IMG/VR virus record: IMGVR_UViG_3300038673_000510
Coordinates: 1-64,000 of that record
Reading direction: 5' to 3' (one strand)
Length of the DNA stretch: 64,000 nucleotides
Origin: a virus
Taxonomy: Duplodnaviria > Caudoviricetes
In this document: positions 18,773-28,153 of the stretch, one piece after another
Position numbering within the stretch: the first letter of the stretch is position 1
Layout of the letters: every line of letters starts with the position of its first letter
The notes under the pieces: generated by a model
The model's database searches: none
Told to the model about the DNA's origin: nothing
Seen by the model: only the letters and a program-made list of their open reading frames with translations
Translations under genes and position numbers: made by a program

Positions 18773-19781
18773 TATGAATAATGTGGGTGATATTTATAAA
18801 CAATACATAGGTTATGCTTTTGCGTCTGCAACAAATTTTATAGAGTCTCAGAACGCTTATAAAGACCGTGTAATTGCATAATATATGAAGACATATTCAA
18901 AGCCACGTAAAATGAAAAAAGCACGCAGAAAACAACCTGAAATTGAGTTTAAGATAGCAGAATATGACCCCTTTAGTATTCGAGAAGTTATGGAAATATT
19001 ATCTTAAAGGGGTTGACAAAAATAAAATTAAATAGTATAATAATAGTATAAGCAACGAAACAAAGAATAAAGGATAAAAAAACATAATTTTCTTAATTGC
19101 TTTAGGTATTATTACAATATGTGCAGCGATTGCTGGAATTTTTATGTTTCAGTATCTGCAAGGCAATCTTAAGGGAGTTCAGTGTTTTGGCTTTTGTATG
19201 CTTATAGTATAAAATATTCTATCGGAGAAAATATGAAACGATATTTTGAGGTGGGATATAAAATTATTCAGCTAACTGTTTTTGAACAGCTAAGGGGAAT
19301 AAAAAAAATCATTGATACCAATATTTGTTTAACTCCATGTCCATTAAGAATAGATGGTACGAAGATAGGTTCTAATAGTTGTTCGGATTGTCAATATTAT
19401 AATGGTGGAAACATAAGCGGCGATCGCAAATATATTCTCTGTGGCAATAATACGGTCACTGAGGAAATGGAATGAAGAAAATAGTACTAATTAACTTTTA
19501 TATTATTGGAATTATTCTGAATACTCAAATGGTTTTGAGGTCTTATGATAAAGGTGATACAGCGTTTTTAATTATTGGATGTTTGTTTATTGCCTTGTGT
19601 TCATACTTTATTATGAAGGTAGCTAAGAAAAAATGATAAGATTAGATATAAATAATTTTATTACTGTAATTAAAAAAGAAGAAAAAGTTTCTGCCGTTAA
19701 GACAATATATAAATACAGAAAGAATCAAAAATTTTCTGTTGATGAACAAAAAGGAATACAAATAGATTTTAAAGTATAATT

Positions 19782-19874
19782 GGAGAAATCAACCGAAACT
19801 GGTATCGGCCTGGTCTTGAAAATCAGTCATCATCTGAGTAAGGTGGTGTGGGAGTTCAAATCTCTCTTTCTCCG
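19782..19874 (+). tRNA. tRNA-Ser(TGA)
   Basis: GGAGAAA/TTTCTCC, CTTGAAA loop, long variable arm, G73. Confidence 0.9.
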
Positions 19875-19894
19875 AATAAGTCTTTGAGAAAACA

Positions 19895-20589
19895 ATGAAT
19901 GGTATAATCTATCAAATTAAAAATTTAATAAACAATAAAGTGTATATAGGCTATACAACTAATTTTGAAAAACGTCAAAAAAACATTTATCTTTTGTTAA
20001 AAATGGTAGTAATTTTCATATACACAATGCTATAAGAAAATATGGCAATGAAAATTTTCAATGGATTATATTAGAGCAAATTGTTGATGAAAATAATGAT
20101 AAGTTAATTAAGCTATTGAAAATTGCAGAAGTACAATATATTCAAAAATTTAAAGCAAATAATAAAAATTTTGGATATAATATGACGCCCGGTGGTGATG
20201 GTGTATATCCATCGGAAGAAATGAAAGAAAAAATTAGTAATACACTAAAGGGCAGAAAGTTAACAATCCAACATTGTATTAATATAAGTCAAGGTAAAAA
20301 AGGAGTTCCATTATCCGAAGAGCATAAAAGAAAAATGCGAGAAGTGAATGTTGGAAGGGTACATACTAAAGAAGCAAGAAAAAATATGTCATTGGCTCAT
20401 ATTGGTAAACAATTACCAAAACGTTCAACTGAGGCTAAATTAAAAGCAAGCGTTTCTGGGAAAAAAGATTGGGAATGTCGAAAACAAAAAAAGCAATATA
20501 ATGATATAATATATTTATTTTATATCTTATATAATATAATTCAAGAGGCAACAAATGACGCATGTAACAACAATGATGGGAACAGTTAA
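19895..20589 (+). CDS. GIY-YIG homing endonuclease with NUMOD3 repeats, frameshifted at an A-run near 19980
   Basis: [21 protein letters not shown]; HNAIRKYG; GYNMTPGG; SEEHKRKM repeats. Confidence 0.8.
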
Positions 20590-20771
20590 GTGGTTCGCAT
20601 CAGAAAAAGGGGTATGGATTTATTTCAGGTAGTAATAGAACAGATTATTTTGTTCATTTTTCAAATCTGAATATTGAAGGGTTTAAAACTCTTAAAGAAG
20701 GTGCACAAGTAAGTTTTGAAATTGAAGAAACAAATCGTGGACCAAAAGCAGTAAATGTGTCTGTGATTTAA
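20555..20771 (+). CDS. cold-shock protein (CspA family), one extra base in AAAAAGGGG
   Basis: [35 protein letters not shown]. Confidence 0.85.
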
Positions 20772-20900
20772 TTCATAGATTGTGTCGCACTTGGCCTTAG
20801 GAAGCGACATTAAATAAGTTCCTATAGGCTACGATATAACAAATAACGAGGCGTCGTTTCACGCCTACAATCCGAAAGGAAGAGGTTATATGGAAAGTAT

Positions 20901-20972
20901 GGTGGGATTAGCATAAAGGTAATGCCCTGGCCTGTGAAGTCGGTTAAATGGGGTCAGTACCCATATTCCACC
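20901..20972 (+). tRNA. tRNA-His(GTG), T-loop GTCAGTA
   Basis: G-1:C73, CTGGC-CTGTGAA-GTCGG. Confidence 0.9.
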
Positions 20973-20974
20973 CA

Positions 20975-21137
20975 TGATAATAAGTATTCGGGGTCCGGTA
21001 GTCCGTTAAGTAACGTGTAGGATTATAAAATAAGGTTATGTATGACGTGAGGTGCACGTCAACTATAACAAACTTTTATGGCAGCCTTGCTTATGAGCTA
21101 ATAATTAGGTTAGCCGCCCGCCGAATACTTATTATCA
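20975..21137 (+). ncRNA. unassigned structured RNA with 17-bp closing stem
   Basis: TGATAATAAGTATTCGG / CCGAATACTTATTATCA, exactly filling the His-Ile spacer. Confidence 0.65.
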
Positions 21138-21141
21138 ATAT

Positions 21142-21213
21142 GCAATAGTAGCTTAATGGTGAAGCAAATGGATGATAACCATTAGATTGTTGGTTCAACT
21201 CCAGCCTATTGCA
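21142..21213 (+). tRNA. tRNA-Ile(GAT)
   Basis: AATGG-ATGATAA-CCATT. Confidence 0.9.
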
Positions 21214-21252
21214 CATAATACTATTATTCCATGAATATAGTATTCAAAAAAA

Positions 21253-21326
21253 CTCTGAGTAACCGAATTGGCATAGGTACTGGTTTTAGAAACCAGGTTT
21301 TGTGGGTTCGACTCCCACCTTGGAGA
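21253..21326 (+). tRNA. tRNA-Leu(TAG) with short variable loop
   Basis: CTGGT-TTTAGAA-ACCAG, 5-nt variable loop, A73. Confidence 0.85.
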
Positions 21327-21760
21327 CATGACTAAAATATTTGTACCATACTACGGTATTTTAGTCCTTTAATTTAAATTAGGCGTTGGTATGGCTGAAG
21401 GATGGAAATCTGTTCACGGATGGAAATTTGAGCTAATTATAGGATTGTGAACGTAGTTTAGTAAAATTAGGAATGTCATGTCATGAATGTCAACTTAATA
21501 ACTTCTAAACTGAATGTACGAGAACCATTCCACGCCAATGTAATAGTCATTGAGTGAAACGCTACTTTTAGGGCAAACAAAAGAAAGTATTATTTTATGC
21601 ACAATAGATTGCATGAAAAATATGAGTATTGAGCTATTCAGTTGCAATTCTGTTTGACTTTATTGTTACCTAATTGCACGTAAGCTTCCTTAATTTGATT
21701 GTAAGCATTTTAAGCGATGAGTACGAAAACCTCATTATGGTATTATAAATAGGAGATAGC

Positions 21761-22021
21761 ATGAAGAAGATATTGTTTATTGCAGTGCTGATGTTGTTTG
21801 TGGGATGTGGGATATTGGAATGTTGGAAACCAGATATTAAATCTAATCCAATGACATCAACAACTATTGATGTGACTGTAGAATGTGTTGAAGGTCATGT
21901 ATATTATGGCACCTTGGTTTATGCAAAAAATCAAGCATTTTTTCCAAAGTTAAACGATGATGGAACACCAGTAAAATGTCAAGTTGTTCCTAATGGAAAT
22001 TTTATACAAATTAAACAATAA
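21761..22021 (+). CDS. putative lipoprotein
   Basis: MKKILF...LFVGC lipobox. Confidence 0.7.
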   Translation: MKKILFIAVLMLFVGCGILECWKPDIKSNPMTSTTIDVTVECVEGHVYYGTLVYAKNQAFFPKLNDDGTPVKCQVVPNGNFIQIKQ

Positions 22022-22058
22022 AAAAAGTAAAAAATATTATATGAAAGTATAATATAAT

Positions 22059-22715
22059 ATGGAAAGTAAAAAGTATTATACTATTTATAAAATTACGTGT
22101 ACTATAAATAATAAGATTTATATTGGTCAACATTCAACTAATGATTTAAATGATACTTATTTTGGTTCTGGTGCTTTACTAAAAGAAGATGTTGATTTGT
22201 TTGGTAAAGAAAAATTTATAAAAGAAATTTTATATGTTTTTGACACTTGGGAGGAATGTGATAAAAAAGAAAATCAAATTGTAAATGCTGATTTTGTAGC
22301 AAGAGATGATACATATAATTGCAGGCATGGCGGTTATAGTATAAATGAAAATAAAAAATTTAATTATTCAAAAGCTGGCAAATTGGGGCAAGAGAAACTT
22401 AAACAAAGATTCAAAGATGATCCTGAGTTAAGAAAAGAAATAAATGAAAAATTAAGAATAAAGTCATCGTTAAATAATAATGCCAGATTTTTAAAAGAAA
22501 ATAGTTATGATTGGACAGGAAAAAAACACAAAGAAGAATCAAAGAAAAAAATAGGAAAAGCGAATGCAATTCATCAACAAGGTACAGGTAATTCTAATTT
22601 TGGGAATTGCTGGATTTATAATAAAGATTTAAAAGAAAATAAATTGATAAGTAAAACTGATTTAGATATATGGCTTAAACAAAATTGGATCAAAGGTCGT
22701 AAAATGTCTTTTTAA
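22059..22715 (+). CDS. Seg-like GIY-YIG homing endonuclease
   Basis: TIYKITC..KIYIGQH, YFGSG, TYN, WIKGR. Confidence 0.9.
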   Translation: MESKKYYTIYKITCTINNKIYIGQHSTNDLNDTYFGSGALLKEDVDLFGKEKFIKEILYVFDTWEECDKKENQIVNADFVARDDTYNCRHGGYSINENKKFNYSKAGKLGQEKLKQRFKDDPELRKEINEKLRIKSSLNNNARFLKENSYDWTGKKHKEESKKKIGKANAIHQQGTGNSNFGNCWIYNKDLKENKLISKTDLDIWLKQNWIKGRKMSF

Positions 22716-22721
22716 TATTTT

Positions 22722-22794
22722 GCCTCTATAGCACAAATGGAAAGTGCAGCAGTCCTGTAAATTGCGTATTCCGGATCGTACCCGGATGGGGGCT
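22722..22794 (+). tRNA. tRNA-Thr(TGT), C33, T-loop ATCGTAC
   Basis: GCAGT-CCTGTAA-ATTGC. Confidence 0.8.
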
Positions 22795-22822
22795 CATAAA
22801 AAATACGTATTGGAGTTATTGA

Positions 22823-23215
22823 ATGACACAGACACTTCAGGAATATCTTGAGCAATTTAATAGTTATATAGTAGCTAAGGAAAATGAAATTGGAATTGAT
22901 CTTGGTAAACATGCAAAAGAGCGTGGCGACGAAAGACTTGCGATTGATAATAACATTCTAACCGACATAGGACGTAAAATTGCCAAAGTATTTAATAAAA
23001 GTAATGCTGATGGTCTTTTTGGATTTTATTCAAAAACAGATCATGTTTCTGGGATTTTTCGTTTTTTCAAAAATAATCCTACAATAAAATTTATAACAAT
23101 ATTTCCAAATAAGAGAGTACAATTTTTCAACGATATAAAAGGCGCGATTATATTTGAAGGTGAAACAGAATCCTCAACACTTGTTGAACCTCTTCAAGAT
23201 ATAATAGAAGTTTGA
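22823..23215 (+). CDS. hypothetical protein, possible internal head protein
   Basis: MTQTLQEYLE N-terminus. Confidence 0.65.
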   Translation: MTQTLQEYLEQFNSYIVAKENEIGIDLGKHAKERGDERLAIDNNILTDIGRKIAKVFNKSNADGLFGFYSKTDHVSGIFRFFKNNPTIKFITIFPNKRVQFFNDIKGAIIFEGETESSTLVEPLQDIIEV

Positions 23216-23335
23216 TTAAGGTAAATATAGGAGGAATACGCCTATGAAACTAACATCGTAGATTCATACAAATAATGATCCATAACTTTTAATTGACATA
23301 TAATAATATCAATTAAAAAAATTATGGAGAACATT

Positions 23336-23716
23336 ATGACACGCGAACAATATTTAGAATTAAAAGCACAACTTAAAGAAGAAGCAAAAGTTTTAAGAAG
23401 TTTCAAGTACAGAACAAGACAAACTCAAAGTGATTATGCGCATGGTATTAAAACGGACATAAGTCCTGCAACACTGCAATATCAGCTGTATGAAAAGAAA
23501 CGAGAATACAGATGTAAACATGTTTTTTATTGTTTATTAAAAGGTAGAACAATGGAACAAATTGAAAACAACTTTGGTCCATATACTTATGAAAGTAAAT
23601 ATGTTAGCCTTTCTGTAGAAAAGTTTTGTCAGACTTATAATTTAAGTTATGACTTAGACGAACACAATAGAGTAATAAGTATCAAGCGAGATTGGATAAA
23701 AACAGAAGCGGCTTAA
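23336..23716 (+). CDS. hypothetical protein
   Basis: GGAG RBS; YRCKHVFYCLLKGRTMEQIE. Confidence 0.7.
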   Translation: MTREQYLELKAQLKEEAKVLRSFKYRTRQTQSDYAHGIKTDISPATLQYQLYEKKREYRCKHVFYCLLKGRTMEQIENNFGPYTYESKYVSLSVEKFCQTYNLSYDLDEHNRVISIKRDWIKTEAA

Positions 23717-23783
23717 TTGCCGCTTATTAAAATTGAACTCCGTATAGTATAATTAAATAAAATATAGTTATACGGAGTTCAAA

Positions 23784-24356
23784 ATGAAATGTGAAAATTG
23801 CAATATAAAACATAATGGTACTTATGGCAGTGGCAGGTTTTGTTCTGAAAAATGTGCGCATAGTTATCCATGGAAAATAAAAAGAAAAGAAATGTGTAAA
23901 AATATTTCTTTAGCAATGGGTGGAACAGGTGATCCCGGACAGGGTATAACAAAAATATGTAAACACTGTAATACAACATTTACATCAAAACAATGTAAAC
24001 AATCATTTTGTTCAACTTTATGTTCTAATTTGTATAAAACAAAAGAAACACAAAAAAAATTAGATTATATACAAAATTTTGCTGGTTATGGAATTAATAC
24101 AATAAAAAAATATTTAATTAGTAGAAAAAAACATAAGTGTGAAATTTGTGGAACAGAAGTATGGAATGGAAAACCAGTTCCACTTGTAATGGATCATATT
24201 GATGGCAATTCTGATAATTGGGATGTTACTAATTTACGTTTGGTCTGTAGAAATTGTGATGGTCAATTAGATACTTTTTGTGGTAAAAATAAAGGTTATG
24301 GAGCATCAAGAAGTAAACGTAAAATGAAAAAATATTATGATGGACAAACATTTTAG
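23784..24356 (+). CDS. HNH homing endonuclease with Zn-finger repeats
   Basis: Paralog of 9441; MDHIDGNSDN, CRNCD. Confidence 0.9.
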   Translation: MKCENCNIKHNGTYGSGRFCSEKCAHSYPWKIKRKEMCKNISLAMGGTGDPGQGITKICKHCNTTFTSKQCKQSFCSTLCSNLYKTKETQKKLDYIQNFAGYGINTIKKYLISRKKHKCEICGTEVWNGKPVPLVMDHIDGNSDNWDVTNLRLVCRNCDGQLDTFCGKNKGYGASRSKRKMKKYYDGQTF

Positions 24357-24426
24357 GATAATTAGTTTAATGGTAAAACGATAAATTCTAAATTTATTTT
24401 TTGGGGTTCAATTCCCCAATTATCCA
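24356..24426 (+). tRNA. amber suppressor tRNA (CTA anticodon)
   Basis: GGATAAT/ATTATCC; ATAAA-TTCTAAA-TTTAT; TGGGG-TTCAATT-CCCCA; A73. Confidence 0.85.
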
Positions 24427-24460
24427 ATTCCGATCTGGAGCACATAAAACGGAGAATATA

Positions 24461-24840
24461 GTGACAAAAAAATTAAACTTACCGCAGAACAAAAAAGAAG
24501 AATCGCAGAAAGACTTGAAACACTCAAAACTAAAAGACGTAAGAACGAAAGAATTTTAGATAGCGAAGTAAATGATCTGATTAATTTTGGTTTGACTATA
24601 GCGCTCATTAATAGTCTTACAAGTCCGCTACAGCATGTAGATAGTATGTCTCTTCTTGATAATGGATTGCTTGATAATGATTTCAATCCAGGTGGAGGAG
24701 AATTTGGTGGCGGTGGAGCATCTGGAAGTTGGGATGATTCAGATTCTCGGTCAGATTCATCATATGATTCTTCGTCATACGAATCAAGTTCATATGATTC
24801 AGGAAGTAGCGATTCAGGAAGTTCCAGTGGAGATTGGTAA
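24461..24840 (+). CDS. hypothetical protein with Gly/Ser-rich GGGGASG-W tail, probable A-run frameshift just after GTG start
   Basis: GGAG RBS before GTG 24461; open frame continuous into track ORF 24592. Confidence 0.55.
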
Positions 24841-24910
24841 TAAAAATGAAAATTGAATATGGAGTAAATGTGCACGATTATTGAATACCCTAAAATAAGG
24901 AGATTCAATA

Positions 24911-25183
24911 ATGAAAAGAAAAAGACACAAAAGAAAATATGTTTGTTTGTATAGATCAACAAATGCTGTTCATGTTATAATCAAAAAAATTTTTAAAGGT
25001 AATGAAAAACAATTTTTTGATTGGATGTTACAAAATACACACGTTGAAATGTATAACAATGAAGTTGGCGTCATAAGTTGTCACGCGAGCACACCATTTG
25101 ATATGAATGGTTGGAAAGATGAAATTTCAGACCAGAGAGTAAGAGATGGCAGACGTTATGCTTATTCAAAGAGGTTTGAATGA
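24911..25183 (+). CDS. hypothetical protein
   Basis: GGGAG RBS. Confidence 0.6.
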   Translation: MKRKRHKRKYVCLYRSTNAVHVIIKKIFKGNEKQFFDWMLQNTHVEMYNNEVGVISCHASTPFDMNGWKDEISDQRVRDGRRYAYSKRFE

Positions 25184-25376
25184 GTTATAAAATTTGCCTA
25201 CGAACAAAAAACGGTAAAGGAAATTGCCCGCCATATGATGGTCCTTGTGATTATGGTGGAAGATGCACTTCAGGCTGCAGACAAACTCACAGACGTTATA
25301 CTAATAAGGCACGTAGACTTTGGGATAAAAAGATTATTAAACAAGAAGTAGCACAGATTCCCTTTAGGAATCTTTT

Positions 25377-25838
25377 GGCTCCGTAGCCCAATTAGGTAGA
25401 GGCAAGGGACTTTTGAAAGCTTTTCACAAAAGCTAATGGGTCGGCATATTGGAAACGATATGTTAGTAAGGTTTAAATTCGGTGAACGCTTCTTTATTTC
25501 GGTTAGACTGGGATAGTTAACCCCGATTGAAATGCCAACGCCGAGCGAAGTCATAATTCGTCCAGAATATCTTTTTAGAGATAATACCGGAATTATGAAA
25601 CGTGTAGAGACTATAATAACCCACCTAAAAGTTTGTATCTTTATTCACCGGCGAAGGTACCCGCTAACAAACTTATGGTGAAGGCATAGTCCAGACCACA
25701 AACATAATATTGTATAGCTAAGGGAAGCAGGAAGGTCGGTCGTAACTTAGTTAACTCCTCCTGAGCAGTATTTTGGTAGTGAAAACTATAGTGGTAAGTA
25801 AAATCCCTCAAGTATGGGTTCGAATCCCATCGGAGCTA
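25377..25838 (+). tRNA. tRNA-Leu(TAA), intron-containing, short variable loop
   Basis: Exon 1 25377-25411 ends AGGGACT; exon 2 25799-25838 TAAAATCCCT...CGGAGCTA. Confidence 0.9.
25412..25798 (+). mobile_element. group I intron (387 nt, no ORF)
   Basis: P AAATTCGGTGAA, Q AACGCCGAGC, R GTAGAGACTA, S GAAGGCATAGTCC, terminal G; IGS GGGTC. Confidence 0.9.
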
Positions 25839-25843
25839 AATAT

Positions 25844-25925
25844 GGGATTGTGGTGGAACGGTTTACACAACGGACTTAAAATTCGTCTTCCATTGGAAGT
25901 GTGGGTTCGAATCCCACCAATCCTA
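25844..25925 (+). tRNA. tRNA-Leu(TAA), class II
   Basis: ACGGA-CTTAAAA-TTCGT, long variable arm. Confidence 0.9.
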
Positions 25926-26180
25926 ATTTTAACAAAGGAAAATAAGAAAACAATGATTGAAAAAAACATTACAAGAACTTGATAAAATGTCAACGAAACG
26001 ACTTCTAAAATATTATAAAGCAATACGTGAACATAATTTTTCTTGTAGTGCTTATGATGGCACTTGTTTTGGATTAGGTAGAATATGTGATACTTATTCA
26101 GAGGAATATCTTGAAAAAGTAAAACTTGTTTTGAGCGAACGTGAACATATTAAATAATATTGAAACAACAAGAGAAAATT

Positions 26181-26432
26181 ATGAAAAAAATAATTATTAT
26201 GATTGCTATAATTGGATTATGCTTTTTAGGTTGTACAAATTCTAAAGGAGCTAAACAGCTTCTTGAAGATGAAGGATTTACCGATATAACTATTACGGGT
26301 TATGATTTTTTAGCGTGTTCAAAAGATGATTTTTATCATACTGGTTTTATAGCAAAGAAAAATGGTAAAGAAAGACGTGGCACAGTTTGTGAAGGTCTCT
26401 TTTTTAAGGGGTCAACAATTCGTTTTAAATAA
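26181..26432 (+). CDS. putative lipoprotein
   Basis: FLGC lipobox; GYDFLACSKDD..TGF..GTVC phage family. Confidence 0.7.
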   Translation: MKKIIIMIAIIGLCFLGCTNSKGAKQLLEDEGFTDITITGYDFLACSKDDFYHTGFIAKKNGKERRGTVCEGLFFKGSTIRFK

Positions 26433-26500
26433 TTTTATAAGGGTTGACAAATTTTCTTTTAAATGATATAATTATATCAATAAAACAAAAAGGAAATAAA

Positions 26501-26923
26501 ATGAAAACAGTCATTCAGAATGCAAAGAGAATAGAAGTTCCGGATAATTTTATAGAATGTACTGTTTGTGGCGTATGGTGCGATCCTTCTGAATTTCGTA
26601 GAGAAAATGAAACACATCAGTCGCGCACAAATTGTTTTGCATGTTATAATCTTGATTGGGATATATTTCAGCTTAAGAAAGAAGAAAGAATTCTTATGTT
26701 AAAATCTCCAGAGCACAAGAGAGAAATTCGTGCTCTTAGAGAAGAACTTGAATATATGTCTAATGCTGTTTCAGTTGAAACATTAATTGCTCAGCTGCAA
26801 GCTCTTCCTAAAAATTCATTTGTAAGAATTGCTGGTGTTGATTTTACTGCTCCTCAGCTTGATCGAGTTTTAAACAATAGAGACTATTATGATATTGGTT
26901 GTAATTGTGGCGAAGAATATTAA
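26501..26923 (+). CDS. hypothetical protein
   Basis: Follows early promoter (TTGACA 26444) with AGGA RBS. Confidence 0.65.
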   Translation: MKTVIQNAKRIEVPDNFIECTVCGVWCDPSEFRRENETHQSRTNCFACYNLDWDIFQLKKEERILMLKSPEHKREIRALREELEYMSNAVSVETLIAQLQALPKNSFVRIAGVDFTAPQLDRVLNNRDYYDIGCNCGEEY

Positions 26924-26935
26924 AAGGAATAATTA

Positions 26936-28078
26936 ATGAATAAAAAAGTTATTCGTCTTGAAAAAATTAGTGAGACCGGAAAGAAAGTTTTTTGGGAAGC
27001 TCGCATTGTTGGCTCAATGGTTGATTATGAGTGGGGTCAGATTGGTGGAAAAACACAAGTTGAAAATCGTGTTTTTCTCGAAGGTAAAAATATTGGTAAA
27101 GCCAACGAAACTACTCCTGCCGAACAGTGTCAGTTTGAAGCCGAAAGAAAAGCTCGCAAGAAAGTTGAAGATGGTTATTCAATTGTAAAGGGTTCACTTG
27201 AAACCGTTTCAAAAACAGTTGTTGAGTCCGATACTTCCGTTCCAAAACCTATGCTTGCAAAACGTTTTCAGGATCAAGAAAAGCAAGTAAAGAAATGGGG
27301 ACCAATTATTCTTGCACAAAGAAAGCTTAATGGCAATAGATGTCTTGCCAACATTAAAACAAATAAGCTTTATTCTCGTAAGAGAAAAGAAATTACGTCA
27401 ATTCCTGGACTTGCAGAAGCAGTAAGTAGAGCGTGTAAAAAACTCAGAGATATGGGAATAGAGTGGGTTGATGGTGAACTTTATTCACATGAACTTACAT
27501 TTAATCAGATTCAGTCTGTAGTTCGTCAGAAAAATCAGATTGATGAAAATGCTGATACAATTGATTTTAAGATTTATGATTATATCAGCTCAGATTGTGG
27601 ACAAGAGCGTTGTAATAATATTGCAAAGCTTGTTAAAGGTCCTCGCGTAGAAATAACCAATACTGTTCTTATTGCTTTTGATGATATTCAAGAATGGCAT
27701 GATAAGTTTCATGCAGAGGGATATGAAGGAATTATTTTGCGCAATCCTTCGGCTCCTTATGAACAGAAGCGTTCTGGAAGTCTAATTAAGTATAAGAATT
27801 TTATTGATGCGGAATTTAAAGTTGTAGGCTGGTCTGCTGAAAAAAATGATTCATCGAAAATGGGCGCAGCAATTCTCGAAATGAGTGATGGACAAACTTT
27901 CAAAGCAACTCCATCAATGTCGGATGTTGAAAAAGCAGCAATCTGGAAAAATAGAAAAGAGTATATTGGTAAAATGGCAACAGTGGAATTCCAGGAATAT
28001 GATAAAGTCACTGGAATTCCACTGTTCGGAACATTGAAAGGTTTTAGAGATGAGTCTGATTTAGACGACGAAGATTAA
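26936..28078 (+). CDS. ATP-dependent DNA ligase
   Basis: PMLA, KLNGNR, DGELY, EGIILR, IKYK. Confidence 0.95.
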   Translation: MNKKVIRLEKISETGKKVFWEARIVGSMVDYEWGQIGGKTQVENRVFLEGKNIGKANETTPAEQCQFEAERKARKKVEDGYSIVKGSLETVSKTVVESDTSVPKPMLAKRFQDQEKQVKKWGPIILAQRKLNGNRCLANIKTNKLYSRKRKEITSIPGLAEAVSRACKKLRDMGIEWVDGELYSHELTFNQIQSVVRQKNQIDENADTIDFKIYDYISSDCGQERCNNIAKLVKGPRVEITNTVLIAFDDIQEWHDKFHAEGYEGIILRNPSAPYEQKRSGSLIKYKNFIDAEFKVVGWSAEKNDSSKMGAAILEMSDGQTFKATPSMSDVEKAAIWKNRKEYIGKMATVEFQEYDKVTGIPLFGTLKGFRDESDLDDED

Positions 28079-28153
28079 AAATAACAATACAGTATTTATC
28101 TGTTGAGCACAGTGTGTACCACTGTGCTATTTCTATATTATAAAGGACAATAT

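Noticed and set aside
24356-24426. tRNA-Pyl
   Set aside because: It has a 2-nt acceptor-D linker, GG in the D-loop, a TTC T-loop and A73, unlike tRNA-Pyl
8870-26157. Frameshifts in the DUF3846-like gene (~8930), GIY-YIG (~19980), cold-shock gene (~20610), 24461 ORF and ~25960 ORF as programmed frameshifting
   Set aside because: All are single-base changes in homopolymer runs across unrelated genes with no evident stimulatory structure; sequencing error is more parsimonious. This error type cannot explain the 49-nt dnaE gap.
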